In this document: positions 26,601 through 34,830 of the stretch, piece by piece
Layout of the letters: each line of letters opens with the position of its first letter
Position numbering within the stretch: position 1 is the first letter of the stretch
Origin: Pseudomonadota bacterium
GTDB lineage: Bacteria > Bdellovibrionota > UBA2428
Length of the DNA stretch: 64,000 bases
Reading direction: 5' to 3'
Assembly (NCBI GenBank): GCA_018001635.1
Contig: JAGNHS010000009.1
Location: 3,091 to 67,090, forward strand
The notes under the pieces: generated by a model
What the model was told of the DNA's origin: nothing
What the model saw: only the letters and a program-made list of their open reading frames with translations
Databases searched by the model: none
Made by a program: the position numbers and the translations under genes

Positions 26601-29570
26601 ATGAAGAAGTTAGCTCTACTCGTTTTAAGTATATTAATTTTCAACAATTTTGTTCTTGCCGATGAGGCCATTAAGAAATCCGTAACGATTGATATAAGTT
26701 CGGCCAATCAATTAGATGCCTCCGATAGAGCTCTGGTTGAGTCTTTAAAGGCTGCATTGGAAGCTAAACTTTTTGCTTGGGAAAAATTTTCAGTAAGCGC
26801 ACCCTCGTCGGTTTTTGAAAATTCTGAATTCGTGAGTTTATCTGATTTAATCATTCAGCCCGATAATTCTGAAGTGCTAAGCTTGGGTGGCGGAAAATTA
26901 AGTGCAGATCAAGTAGCTCAGTTAAAAGAAGAGGGAATGTTTGTTGTTCCTTCTGTGAAATACCCTGGTCAAAATCATGTGTGGAAAATGAGTGCTTGGT
27001 TTCAGCACGGAACTAAAACTTTAAACGTAAAGTTTACAAATCTTCAAACTAAAGCGGCTACGCAACTTTTGGTAAAAATTCCCCAATCTGTAATCGGTGG
27101 AGATGTGAGTGATGGGGCGACTCTTCGTAAGGGAATTAGAAGAATTGGAATGGGACTTAGTGGATTGTTTGATGCCTTGCTTGGAAAAATTCACAAAAAA
27201 AATACTTTTAATGAATACGAAGTGGCTGAGCTTCTTAGAAATGCTTTTGTAAAACTAAATCCTTCAGCAAATATTTTAGACATTCCTACAAATATTGAGC
27301 TTTATGCACCTATTGTTGAAAGAATTGCTGCGCAAGTAAGTCAGGAATGGGAAGAAAAAGTTCAAGAGGAAAAGAAAGCTGAATTGGTCGCTCAGGCTGA
27401 AAAGCTTGGTTACTATTTAAATGATTCCGCTTTAGCGAACGCATATATAAAGGAAGGTTTAGAGTCTGAACTCATAAAACTTTTTGATATCAGATTGTCG
27501 GAGTCACAAGATCTAGCAAAAATCTCTACTGAGTTGGCTCCCGCCTTGGTTAGTCGCCTTAAGGCTAATAAAATCATTGAGCGTTATGAAGCTAATATTC
27601 AGTCTGAACTTGAAATAGTGCGTTCTCAAATTCAAGCAATAGTCGCAAAAGAACGACCTTATTTGTCAAAAATACAAAGTTGGTTTGATAAAGAAGTTGA
27701 GCGCAGATACGCAGAAATTTATTCGAAAAGAAGATTTTCTCAATACGATGAACTCGTCAGCACACTTAGGCTTTCTGGTTACACAAATGAATCTACTCGA
27801 GTTGCCAATTTACTTAAATTTCTCAGTGAAAAAGCGGACGAGCATGACTCTCAATTACGAAACGCTTTAAGTCCAGCCAGAACTTTCGAAGTGAGCCGTC
27901 AAATATGGCGTTCTAAAAATTGGGGCATTATTGAAGACCTTGCTCGTGATGGTCGCACACATTATTCATTGGATGATGAACGTGTATCAAAGGTTACAAC
28001 TGATGTTCCAGGTTGGCGTTTGTGGTTAATTGCCGCTAGAACTCGCAAGTATATGGCCGATGGTGTTTACGCCTTGGCTTATCTAAACATTGTTAACGGT
28101 CCGATGGGACTTCGTTCATTGTTTGGTAAAGATCCTTTCTATGCCACTAAAACAATCGATCCTGATACAGGAAAAATTATTGATCAAAAAAGTAGTTTGA
28201 CTCAAACAATGGCTTCTCGTTGGGCTGCCATTGATGCTCAAGTTAAACGTGATATTGAGCGCGCTATGGAAAAGAAAAGTAGTAGCCTATTGTCCGAAGG
28301 AGCGTATAAGAAATTAACAAATTTAAGATATAAATATATTAAACAATTATTTTTGAAGGGTGGCTTGCTTCTAGGCCAGCCTGTTCTAACTACTTGTAAC
28401 GTTGTTGTATCGGCTGGACTCTGTGTAACAGCACCGGCGTGGTCGCCTGTGTTGGCGACTCTTCAATGGGCCTTTAACTTGGTCCTTTATGATAGAGACA
28501 ACGCAAGTCAGTCTCGAAGTCGTTACAGTGCACCTTTAATTTCGCCTCTTGCACAAGGTTTAATAGCCAATGTTGGAATTTTTGGTGTGGGTCAGAGTGT
28601 GCTGAGTGTGTTCAGGATTATGTGGCACGCTTTGGCTTCTGCTGGAATTGAAACTTGGGCTGCTGCTCAATGGGCTGGATTAAAAGCAAAAGATGTTGTG
28701 ATACGTGGTGCTCTTTTAAATAGTTCGTTTTTGAAAGTTCCTACTGATGATACTTGGTTAGCTCGTAGAATTTCGGGTCCTGGACTTGAAAGCAATTACT
28801 ACTATCAAATTAAACCTGATTTAGCGTTGATAGTATTGCAGTTACAGCTTGAGCAGACCGAACTTAGATTGTTTTATAATGAATCTACTTATAAAGCTTT
28901 GGAACCCCATCGAGTTGCTGAGAAAGAATTAGCAGCTATTTTTGGTTCATTCGCGGACGTGGGACCACTTAATTCTCGTGGTTTTCATGAAGAAATTTTG
29001 AAATCTGTGGTCGATGCAGAAAAGGCTGTTGGAGATGCTGTAAATAATAGTCAGGAATTTTTAAATAAGGTTTCTGGAGTGAGTCAGGTGAATCTCTCTA
29101 AAGTGAGATTGAGTGCTGAGGCTTTGGATGAATTGATTTTGAAATCAGTTGCTGTTGTTGAAAAATTTTATAATCAAAACTTATTGCCTAAGTTTGCTGG
29201 AGATGAAGCTCGTGTGACAGCTTATTGGAACCAAAACAGTTTAACTCAAGGGGATTTCTTGGGACTTGCTAAAATACTATTAGTTGAAGCCTTTGCTGGT
29301 CAGGGAATACTCACTCCTTTAAAGGATATTGCGGGTAATTTCAGTATTGTAGTGAATGATGAGCCAAGTGTTGGAGATGTCGCTGCTAAGGTTTTAGATG
29401 GAGCCACCATTCCTTCTTTGGACACTTTGACTCCAGTAGTAGTAGACACAACTAAGTCTAAAGATGTAGCTCGCTTAAATGGAGCACCTTCTGTGCAACT
29501 AAACCTTGCTCAACTTTCTACTGCTACTTGTGAGCTTAGACTTCTTCCGAAAATAGAAGCCAGAAATTAA
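26601..29570 (+). CDS. Large hypothetical exported/membrane-associated protein (989 aa)
   Basis: Signal peptide MKKLALLVLSILIFNNFVLA. Long helical charged region. Two hydrophobic stretches in the C-terminal half (LLLGQPVLTTCNVVVSAGLCVTAPAW..., LIANVGIFGVGQSVLSVF...). No recognisable domain. Confidence 0.8.
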   Translation: MKKLALLVLSILIFNNFVLADEAIKKSVTIDISSANQLDASDRALVESLKAALEAKLFAWEKFSVSAPSSVFENSEFVSLSDLIIQPDNSEVLSLGGGKLSADQVAQLKEEGMFVVPSVKYPGQNHVWKMSAWFQHGTKTLNVKFTNLQTKAATQLLVKIPQSVIGGDVSDGATLRKGIRRIGMGLSGLFDALLGKIHKKNTFNEYEVAELLRNAFVKLNPSANILDIPTNIELYAPIVERIAAQVSQEWEEKVQEEKKAELVAQAEKLGYYLNDSALANAYIKEGLESELIKLFDIRLSESQDLAKISTELAPALVSRLKANKIIERYEANIQSELEIVRSQIQAIVAKERPYLSKIQSWFDKEVERRYAEIYSKRRFSQYDELVSTLRLSGYTNESTRVANLLKFLSEKADEHDSQLRNALSPARTFEVSRQIWRSKNWGIIEDLARDGRTHYSLDDERVSKVTTDVPGWRLWLIAARTRKYMADGVYALAYLNIVNGPMGLRSLFGKDPFYATKTIDPDTGKIIDQKSSLTQTMASRWAAIDAQVKRDIERAMEKKSSSLLSEGAYKKLTNLRYKYIKQLFLKGGLLLGQPVLTTCNVVVSAGLCVTAPAWSPVLATLQWAFNLVLYDRDNASQSRSRYSAPLISPLAQGLIANVGIFGVGQSVLSVFRIMWHALASAGIETWAAAQWAGLKAKDVVIRGALLNSSFLKVPTDDTWLARRISGPGLESNYYYQIKPDLALIVLQLQLEQTELRLFYNESTYKALEPHRVAEKELAAIFGSFADVGPLNSRGFHEEILKSVVDAEKAVGDAVNNSQEFLNKVSGVSQVNLSKVRLSAEALDELILKSVAVVEKFYNQNLLPKFAGDEARVTAYWNQNSLTQGDFLGLAKILLVEAFAGQGILTPLKDIAGNFSIVVNDEPSVGDVAAKVLDGATIPSLDTLTPVVVDTTKSKDVARLNGAPSVQLNLAQLSTATCELRLLPKIEARN

Positions 29571-29585
29571 TTCTGGCTTTGTTTT

Positions 29586-29628
29586 AACAAGGACGCCGGG
29601 CCGAAAAAGGGGGCGTGGCGTCCTTGTT
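29586..29628 (+). terminator. GC-rich hairpin after the 989-aa gene
   Basis: 12-bp stem aacaaggacgcc / ggcgtccttgtt (29586-29597 / 29617-29628). No clear T-tract. Confidence 0.5.
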
Positions 29629-29680
29629 CATTATTAGTCCCATAGATTCCTAAGCTTTATTCGTATAGATTCTTAGATCT

Positions 29681-30451
29681 ATGAAATCTTTTTATTTGTT
29701 CTCTTTTTTTCTTTTATTTTCATTTCAAACTGCTGCGGCCGAGACTCTTAGGGTGGGCATGGAGCTTAGTTATCCTCCTTTTGAAATGACAGACAAGTCT
29801 GGAGAACCGAGTGGAGTCAGTGTCGATTTGGCAAAAGCCTTGGCAGATTCTTTGGCGCGACCGCTGAAAATTGTAAATATGAGTTTTGATGGTCTTATAC
29901 CAGCGCTTAAAACGGGCGCAATTGATGTTGTTATTTCTTCATTAACTGTGAACGAAGAACGAAAAAAATCAATAGATTTTTCTGAACCTTATGTGAGCAC
30001 GGGATTGGCATTAATTGTTTCAAAAAATTCTAAAATCCAAAACGCGGCTGATCTTGATAAAGAGGGAATCAGTGTAGCGGTTAAAAAAGGGACAACCGGA
30101 CATAGTTGGGCTCTGAATAATTTGAAAAAGGCTAAACTTTTAGTCTTTGATAAAGAGAGCGCGGCTATCGTTGAGGTCTTGCAAGCAAAATCTGACGCCT
30201 TTATTTACGATCAGCTTTCGGTTTATCAAAACTGGCAAAAGCATAAAGATAAACTTCGCGCCATTTTAAAACCATTTCAGGCTGAGTCTTGGGCTGTGGG
30301 TGTTAAAAAGGGAAATCAGCAGATGATTCAGTCGGTGAATAAATTCTTAAAAGAGTTTAAGTCTAAGAAGGGTTTTGATACTTTGGCGACTAAATATTTC
30401 GGAGAAGAGAAAAAAGTATTTCAAGAGCTTGGTGTTGAGTTCCTTTTGTGA
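29681..30451 (+). CDS. Polar amino-acid ABC transporter substrate-binding protein (family 3)
   Basis: Signal peptide. LRVGMELSYPPFE...GFDGLIPALKTGAIDVVISSLTVNEERKK..DFSEPY is typical of the HisJ/GlnH class. Confidence 0.9.
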   Translation: MKSFYLFSFFLLFSFQTAAAETLRVGMELSYPPFEMTDKSGEPSGVSVDLAKALADSLARPLKIVNMSFDGLIPALKTGAIDVVISSLTVNEERKKSIDFSEPYVSTGLALIVSKNSKIQNAADLDKEGISVAVKKGTTGHSWALNNLKKAKLLVFDKESAAIVEVLQAKSDAFIYDQLSVYQNWQKHKDKLRAILKPFQAESWAVGVKKGNQQMIQSVNKFLKEFKSKKGFDTLATKYFGEEKKVFQELGVEFLL

Positions 30452-31182
30452 AGGATAAATTTTATCAGCTAGCATTTTGGACTTTGTTGCTAGCAGTATT
30501 GTTTTTTGCCCTTTTAAAGGTGGGTTATCAGTGGAATTGGGTGGCCTTGGCTCCTTATTGGGGTCGTTTCGTAGAGGGTTGGTTCAATACTTTGTTGATA
30601 TCTATAGTGGCATTAGTTCTTAGTTTTGCGTTGGGACTTTTGCTGGCTCTGGGACAGAAGTCTACTTTTAATTTATTAAAAATTGCTTCTGAACAATGGG
30701 TGGGTTTAATACGAGGTACTCCTCTTTTAGTTCAATTACTCATTTTTTATTATGTTATTGCCAATGCTTTTGGTTTTGAAAATCGATGGTTTTTAGCGGT
30801 TTTAATTTTGTCTAATTTTAGTGCGGCCTATGTTTCGGAAATTTTAAGAGCCGCGATAAATGGAATTCCGATGTCGCAGAAAGATGCGGCGCGCGCTATG
30901 GGGCTGAGCCGATATCAAATTTTTCGCTGGGTTATTTTTCCTCAGATGATAAAGGCTTCACTTCCTGCTTTGGCGGGCCAGTTCTCATCTATAATAAAGG
31001 ATTCTTCGTTGCTATCGGTGATTGCAGTGAGTGAGCTGACTTTAAATTCTCAGGAAATTAATTCCGTCACCTACAGCACACTAGAGATATATCTTCCCTT
31101 AGCTCTTGGTTATTTGTCTTTAACTTTGCCGATTGCTTATGTGGCTAAGAAATTAGAAAGAAGCTTGAGATATGAAAATTGA
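30448..31182 (+). CDS. Amino-acid ABC transporter permease
   Basis: His/Glu/Gln/Arg-type permease pattern (IRGTPLLVQLLIFYY; EAA-like AARAMGLSRYQIFRWVIFPQ). Overlaps the neighbouring genes. Confidence 0.9.
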   Translation: MKDKFYQLAFWTLLLAVLFFALLKVGYQWNWVALAPYWGRFVEGWFNTLLISIVALVLSFALGLLLALGQKSTFNLLKIASEQWVGLIRGTPLLVQLLIFYYVIANAFGFENRWFLAVLILSNFSAAYVSEILRAAINGIPMSQKDAARAMGLSRYQIFRWVIFPQMIKASLPALAGQFSSIIKDSSLLSVIAVSELTLNSQEINSVTYSTLEIYLPLALGYLSLTLPIAYVAKKLERSLRYEN

Positions 31183-31888
31183 AATTGAAAATCTTAATTT
31201 TTCATATTCGGAGAAAAAAATACTTTCTAACTGGAATTTGAAGATTGATTTCAAATCTTTAGTATTAATGGGCCCATCTGGATGTGGTAAGTCTACGTTT
31301 TTAAGATTGCTTGCTGGGCTCTCGCTCCCCACAGAGGGGAATATTAAAATCGATGGAAAAGCACTTCCTCATTCGGAATCTGAGCTCATTCATTATAGAA
31401 AAAAAATGGGTATAGTTTTTCAGGCTTATAATTTATTTCCTCATTTTGATGTTTGCACAAATGTGGCGTTACCGCTTTTTTTGGTTCATAGATTCACTCG
31501 TGAAAATGCTATTAATAAAGCTAAGGAATATTTGAATAAATTTGGGCTTTCAGAACAAATTTACAAGTATCCGGCGCAACTTTCTGGTGGGCAAAAGCAA
31601 CGGGTGGCTTTAATAAGAGCCGTTATAACTGATCCTGAATTATTATTGTTAGATGAACCCACTTCTGCGCTCGATCCTTTTATGAGCCAAGAGGTTATCG
31701 ATTTTGTATCGCTCCTCATACAAGAAAAAAACACGCCTGTAGTTTTGGTGACCCATAACATATCATTTGCACGTGTCATGGGCGGAAAAATGATCTTCGT
31801 AAAAGAAGGTAAAGTTTTTGAAGAAGGCGATACAAGAGATTTGCTTTCTGGTTCTGAAGAAGAATGTCTTCGTAAGTTTAAAGTTTGA
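31172..31888 (+). CDS. Amino-acid ABC transporter ATP-binding protein
   Basis: Walker A GPSGCGKST, signature LSGGQKQRVALIRAV, Walker B LLLLDEPTSALD, H-loop VTHN. Confidence 0.9.
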   Translation: MKIEIENLNFSYSEKKILSNWNLKIDFKSLVLMGPSGCGKSTFLRLLAGLSLPTEGNIKIDGKALPHSESELIHYRKKMGIVFQAYNLFPHFDVCTNVALPLFLVHRFTRENAINKAKEYLNKFGLSEQIYKYPAQLSGGQKQRVALIRAVITDPELLLLDEPTSALDPFMSQEVIDFVSLLIQEKNTPVVLVTHNISFARVMGGKMIFVKEGKVFEEGDTRDLLSGSEEECLRKFKV

Positions 31889-31982
31889 ATTTAAATTTGG
31901 CTTGAGTTTCGCAAGGGAAAGTAGCCCTGCGAATACAAAGTTTTTTATACGGATATGACTTCGCAGCAGATTGGAGGTGCCG

Positions 31983-32087
31983 ATGGGACACCTTGAGCTG
32001 CTCTTATTGGTCTTAAGAATATTCCTGACCGTTAGCGCGATCAGGAAGCTATTGGGACAACGAAAACGGTTGAAACGCCGTAAGTAG
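31983..32087 (+). CDS. Candidate small hydrophobic protein (34 aa) with a polybasic C-terminus; not in the supplied ORF track
   Basis: GGAGGTG followed by a 3-nt spacer (or GGAGG with a 5-nt spacer) and ATG. Translation is MGHLELLLLVLRIFLTVSAIRKLLGQRKRLKRRK. Lies in a 310-bp spacer that contains no ORF of 60 aa or more. Confidence 0.4.
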   Translation: MGHLELLLLVLRIFLTVSAIRKLLGQRKRLKRRK

Positions 32088-32198
32088 TGTATCGTCGATT
32101 CTCTGAAAAGCTTGAGCCCTTAATCGAAATTTTAAATTAGCCCGTTGCGGTGAAATGGATTTCTGTGTTCGCGGGGCTCTATTAAAATAAATCGGGAG

Positions 32199-32516
32199 TT
32201 ACTTACATTTGTAATCAATACTTTTAACTTTTGAGGACCCGAATAAAGCAATGTCGCCATCGGTGGGGTCTTTGTCGTGGACGCTTTCTTTGAGAATTAC
32301 GTATTTGCTTTTGCCGCCGCAGGCTTCGGCAATTTTTGTGAGCGCATTTTGATGGCGAATTTCTACCATTTCTTTGAGACCATTGGGGTTGTATGAAATA
32401 GTTCCTCTATCTTTTGGGGCTGGTGATAGAGCCGAGCCGCCTTTGCCTTTTTGAGATGTGGTTGTGCAATAAGATAAAACGAATAAGGAGCTCAATAAAA
32501 TCATGAAGCTTTTCAT
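32199..32516 (-). CDS. Small lipoprotein (105 aa)
   Basis: MKSFMILLSSLFVLSYC places a lipobox-like Cys at residue 17. Two further Cys. Confidence 0.7.
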   Translation of the reverse strand: MKSFMILLSSLFVLSYCTTTSQKGKGGSALSPAPKDRGTISYNPNGLKEMVEIRHQNALTKIAEACGGKSKYVILKESVHDKDPTDGDIALFGSSKVKSIDYKCK

Positions 32517-32550
32517 CAGTTATTTCTAGATTGTGAATAATGAATGCACA

Positions 32551-32709
32551 AGTCCTTAGTTCCAAAGGAGTATTTAATTTTAAATTTCCATATCTACACA
32601 CTCGGGGTTCCCGAAGGTCGAGCCTTTTGGCGAAGACCTGAGGAGGGGGTGCCCTGCCGTGTGTAGATATGGAAATTTAAAATTAAATACTCCTTTGGAA
32701 CTAAGTACT
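32551..32709. repeat. Long inverted repeat flanking a 57-bp GC-rich core. Arms are 51 nt; 47 nt are perfect, followed by one mismatch.
   Basis: Left arm is 32551-32601. Its reverse complement equals the right arm 32659-32709 except for one base. An imperfect extension runs about 10 bp further on each side. Confidence 0.9.
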
Positions 32710-32768
32710 GTGCGTAATTTTAATGGACCTAAATTGACTCTTGGATGGCGTCTGCCTAAAAGGGTTTT

Positions 32769-33995
32769 ATGACTAAAATTAAAGTTAAAAACCCTATCGT
32801 TGAAATCGATGGCGACGAAATGACCCGAATCATTTGGACTATGATTAAGGATCGTTTTGTAAGTCCTTATTTAGAGCTTCCGATAGAGTACTTTGATTTA
32901 GGTATTGAAAATCGCGATAAGACTGATGATCAAGTCACAATTGATTCCGCAAATGCTATTAAAAAATATAACGTTGGAATAAAATGCGCCACCATCACTC
33001 CCGATGAAAAGCGCGTAGAAGAATTTAAATTAAAGAAAATGTGGCGTTCTCCTAATGGAACGATTCGAAATATTTTGGGCGGTACAGTTTTTCGTGAGCC
33101 CATTATTTGTCGAAACGTGCCTCGCTTAGTTCCAAATTGGACTAAGCCTATATGTATTGGTCGTCATGCTTATGGTGATCAATATCGCGCCACGGAAATG
33201 CTTCCCAAGGGGAAGGGCAAACTTTTTTTAGAATTCCAACCTGATAATGGCGGTCCTTCTGAGAAGATTGAAGTACATCATTTTGATGGCGATGGTGTGG
33301 CTCTCGCTATGTTTAACACCGATGAATCTATCGAAGGATTTGCAAGAAGTTGTTTTAATCAGGCGCTCATGAAAAAGTGGCCGCTTTATTTGTCTACAAA
33401 AAATACAATCTTAAAAAAATACGACGGACGCTTTAAGGATATTTTTCAAAAAATATATGAAGGTGAATTTAAATCACAATTTGAAAAAGCAGACATCACT
33501 TATGAGCATCGTTTGATTGACGATATGGTGGCCGCTTGTTTGAAGTGGAATGGGGCCTTTGTTTGGGCTTGTAAAAACTATGATGGCGATGTGCAGTCAG
33601 ATACCGTGGCTCAAGGTTTTGGTTCCTTGGGACTTATGACTTCGACTTTGATCACCCCAGATGGAAAAACTATGGAAGCTGAGGCTGCGCACGGAACAGT
33701 AACTCGTCACTTTCGTTTGCATCAGCAAGGAAAGCCAACTTCGACTAATCCAATAGCGTCTATATTTGCGTGGACTCAGGGTCTTGCGTTTAGAGCAAAG
33801 CTTGATGCTAATCAGGAGCTTGCGAAATTCTGCAAAACTCTTGAAGAAGTTTGCGTGTCTACGGTTGAAGCAGGACAAATGACTAAAGACTTAGCGGTTT
33901 GTATTCACGGTAACGACGTTCGCCCCGATCAGTATCTCAGCACTGAGACCTTTATCGGAGCGATCGATAAGAACCTTCGAGCGAAGTTAGGGTAG
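32769..33995 (+). CDS. icd: NADP-dependent isocitrate dehydrogenase (eukaryote-like homodimeric subfamily, 408 aa)
   Basis: N-terminus [21 protein letters not shown] and overall collinearity with IDH1/IDH2-type enzymes. Confidence 0.95.
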   Translation: MTKIKVKNPIVEIDGDEMTRIIWTMIKDRFVSPYLELPIEYFDLGIENRDKTDDQVTIDSANAIKKYNVGIKCATITPDEKRVEEFKLKKMWRSPNGTIRNILGGTVFREPIICRNVPRLVPNWTKPICIGRHAYGDQYRATEMLPKGKGKLFLEFQPDNGGPSEKIEVHHFDGDGVALAMFNTDESIEGFARSCFNQALMKKWPLYLSTKNTILKKYDGRFKDIFQKIYEGEFKSQFEKADITYEHRLIDDMVAACLKWNGAFVWACKNYDGDVQSDTVAQGFGSLGLMTSTLITPDGKTMEAEAAHGTVTRHFRLHQQGKPTSTNPIASIFAWTQGLAFRAKLDANQELAKFCKTLEEVCVSTVEAGQMTKDLAVCIHGNDVRPDQYLSTETFIGAIDKNLRAKLG

Positions 33996-33999
33996 TTGT

Positions 34000-34815
34000 T
34001 TATTTCTCTAATTCTCCTGTAAGTTGATTTTTGGGAACAATTATCCAGGTATGTTTACCTTTCATAAGTAGAAGCTTTGTTTCTTCCTTTATTTTTGAAT
34101 CACTTGAAGTGATGCTAGATAATGAGGAAGCGCCAGCTCCCCCTGCACCAAGACTAGAACCAATATTGCTTCCTATATTAGTCGAGTTTTGAGTTTTCCC
34201 TGTTAATAAATTTGTATTTGTTGAACCAGTGCCGCTTCCTAGAGTACCGCTTGTTCCAGTTGTTCCATTACCACCTGTAGAAAATGATGTGCCATTGATC
34301 ATGTCATCTCCTAAGCCTCCAAAGGTAGTTAAGTTAGCGTCATTAGATGTTGAGGTGGTGCCAATAAAACCTCCATTATTATTAAAGAGTGGATTAGATA
34401 AGCCCCCCCAACCACCATTAAGAAATGTTCCAAATAAAGATGAGCTAGAGCTAGATATCCAAACGCTACCGCCTCCACTACCGCCGCCACCACCACCACA
34501 ATTTCTGCATGGATGTGTGATTGCTACTATGCAGTTACCACTTTTACCTCGACCGTACTTACAGGGATCCTTCGGTTTATTCGGAGGAGGAGGTGGTTGT
34601 ACTGGCGGAGGAGGTGGAGGAGGCATAACTGGAGGAGGAGGAAGCCATGGAGGAGGAATTACGCCGACTAATTCAATTGGAGGTGGTTCCGTATTTGTGT
34701 CGTCTTTAGAGTGAACGTCACTATTTGGGTAAGCATTAGAAGAGAGAAATCCAAACAATATAAGGCTAATACAACGAAACCAAGTTGGTTTAAGAATGTT
34801 AATTGGAAGAGACAT
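34000..34815 (-). CDS. Secreted low-complexity protein: poly-Pro spacer, 4-Cys knot, poly-Gly, G/S/T/N-rich region
   Basis: Signal peptide (CISLILFGFLSSNA-YP). PPPWLPPPPVMPPPPPPPVQPPPPP, then CKYGRGKSGNCIVAITHPCRNC, then GGGGGGSGGGS. SD AGGTG lies 6 nt upstream. The gap to the upstream gene is 15 nt. Confidence 0.75.
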   Translation of the reverse strand: MSLPINILKPTWFRCISLILFGFLSSNAYPNSDVHSKDDTNTEPPPIELVGVIPPPWLPPPPVMPPPPPPPVQPPPPPNKPKDPCKYGRGKSGNCIVAITHPCRNCGGGGGGSGGGSVWISSSSSSLFGTFLNGGWGGLSNPLFNNNGGFIGTTSTSNDANLTTFGGLGDDMINGTSFSTGGNGTTGTSGTLGSGTGSTNTNLLTGKTQNSTNIGSNIGSSLGAGGAGASSLSSITSSDSKIKEETKLLLMKGKHTWIIVPKNQLTGELEK

Positions 34816-34830
34816 AAATTACACCTACTT

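Noticed and set aside
31889-32198. Possibility that the ORF-poor, GC-richer spacer is RNase P RNA, SRP RNA, tmRNA or a riboswitch
   Set aside because: I could not find the diagnostic motifs: no GAGGAAAGUCC-type RNase P core, no SRP domain-IV GGAA/AGCA loop context, and no tRNA-like tmRNA ends. A 6S-like or novel ncRNA cannot be excluded and is noted in the finding.
32407-32601. 64-aa minus-strand ORF spanning the lipoprotein gene 5' end and the left arm of the inverted repeat
   Set aside because: It overlaps the better lipoprotein frame, and its N-terminal part is simply the translated repeat arm.
34229-34714. 161-aa plus-strand ORF (Pro/Gly-rich) antisense to the low-complexity secreted protein
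   Set aside because: Both strands stay open because of the GGN/CCN repeats. The minus-strand frame is longer, has a signal peptide and an SD, and is operonic with the upstream barrel gene. The plus frame has none of these.
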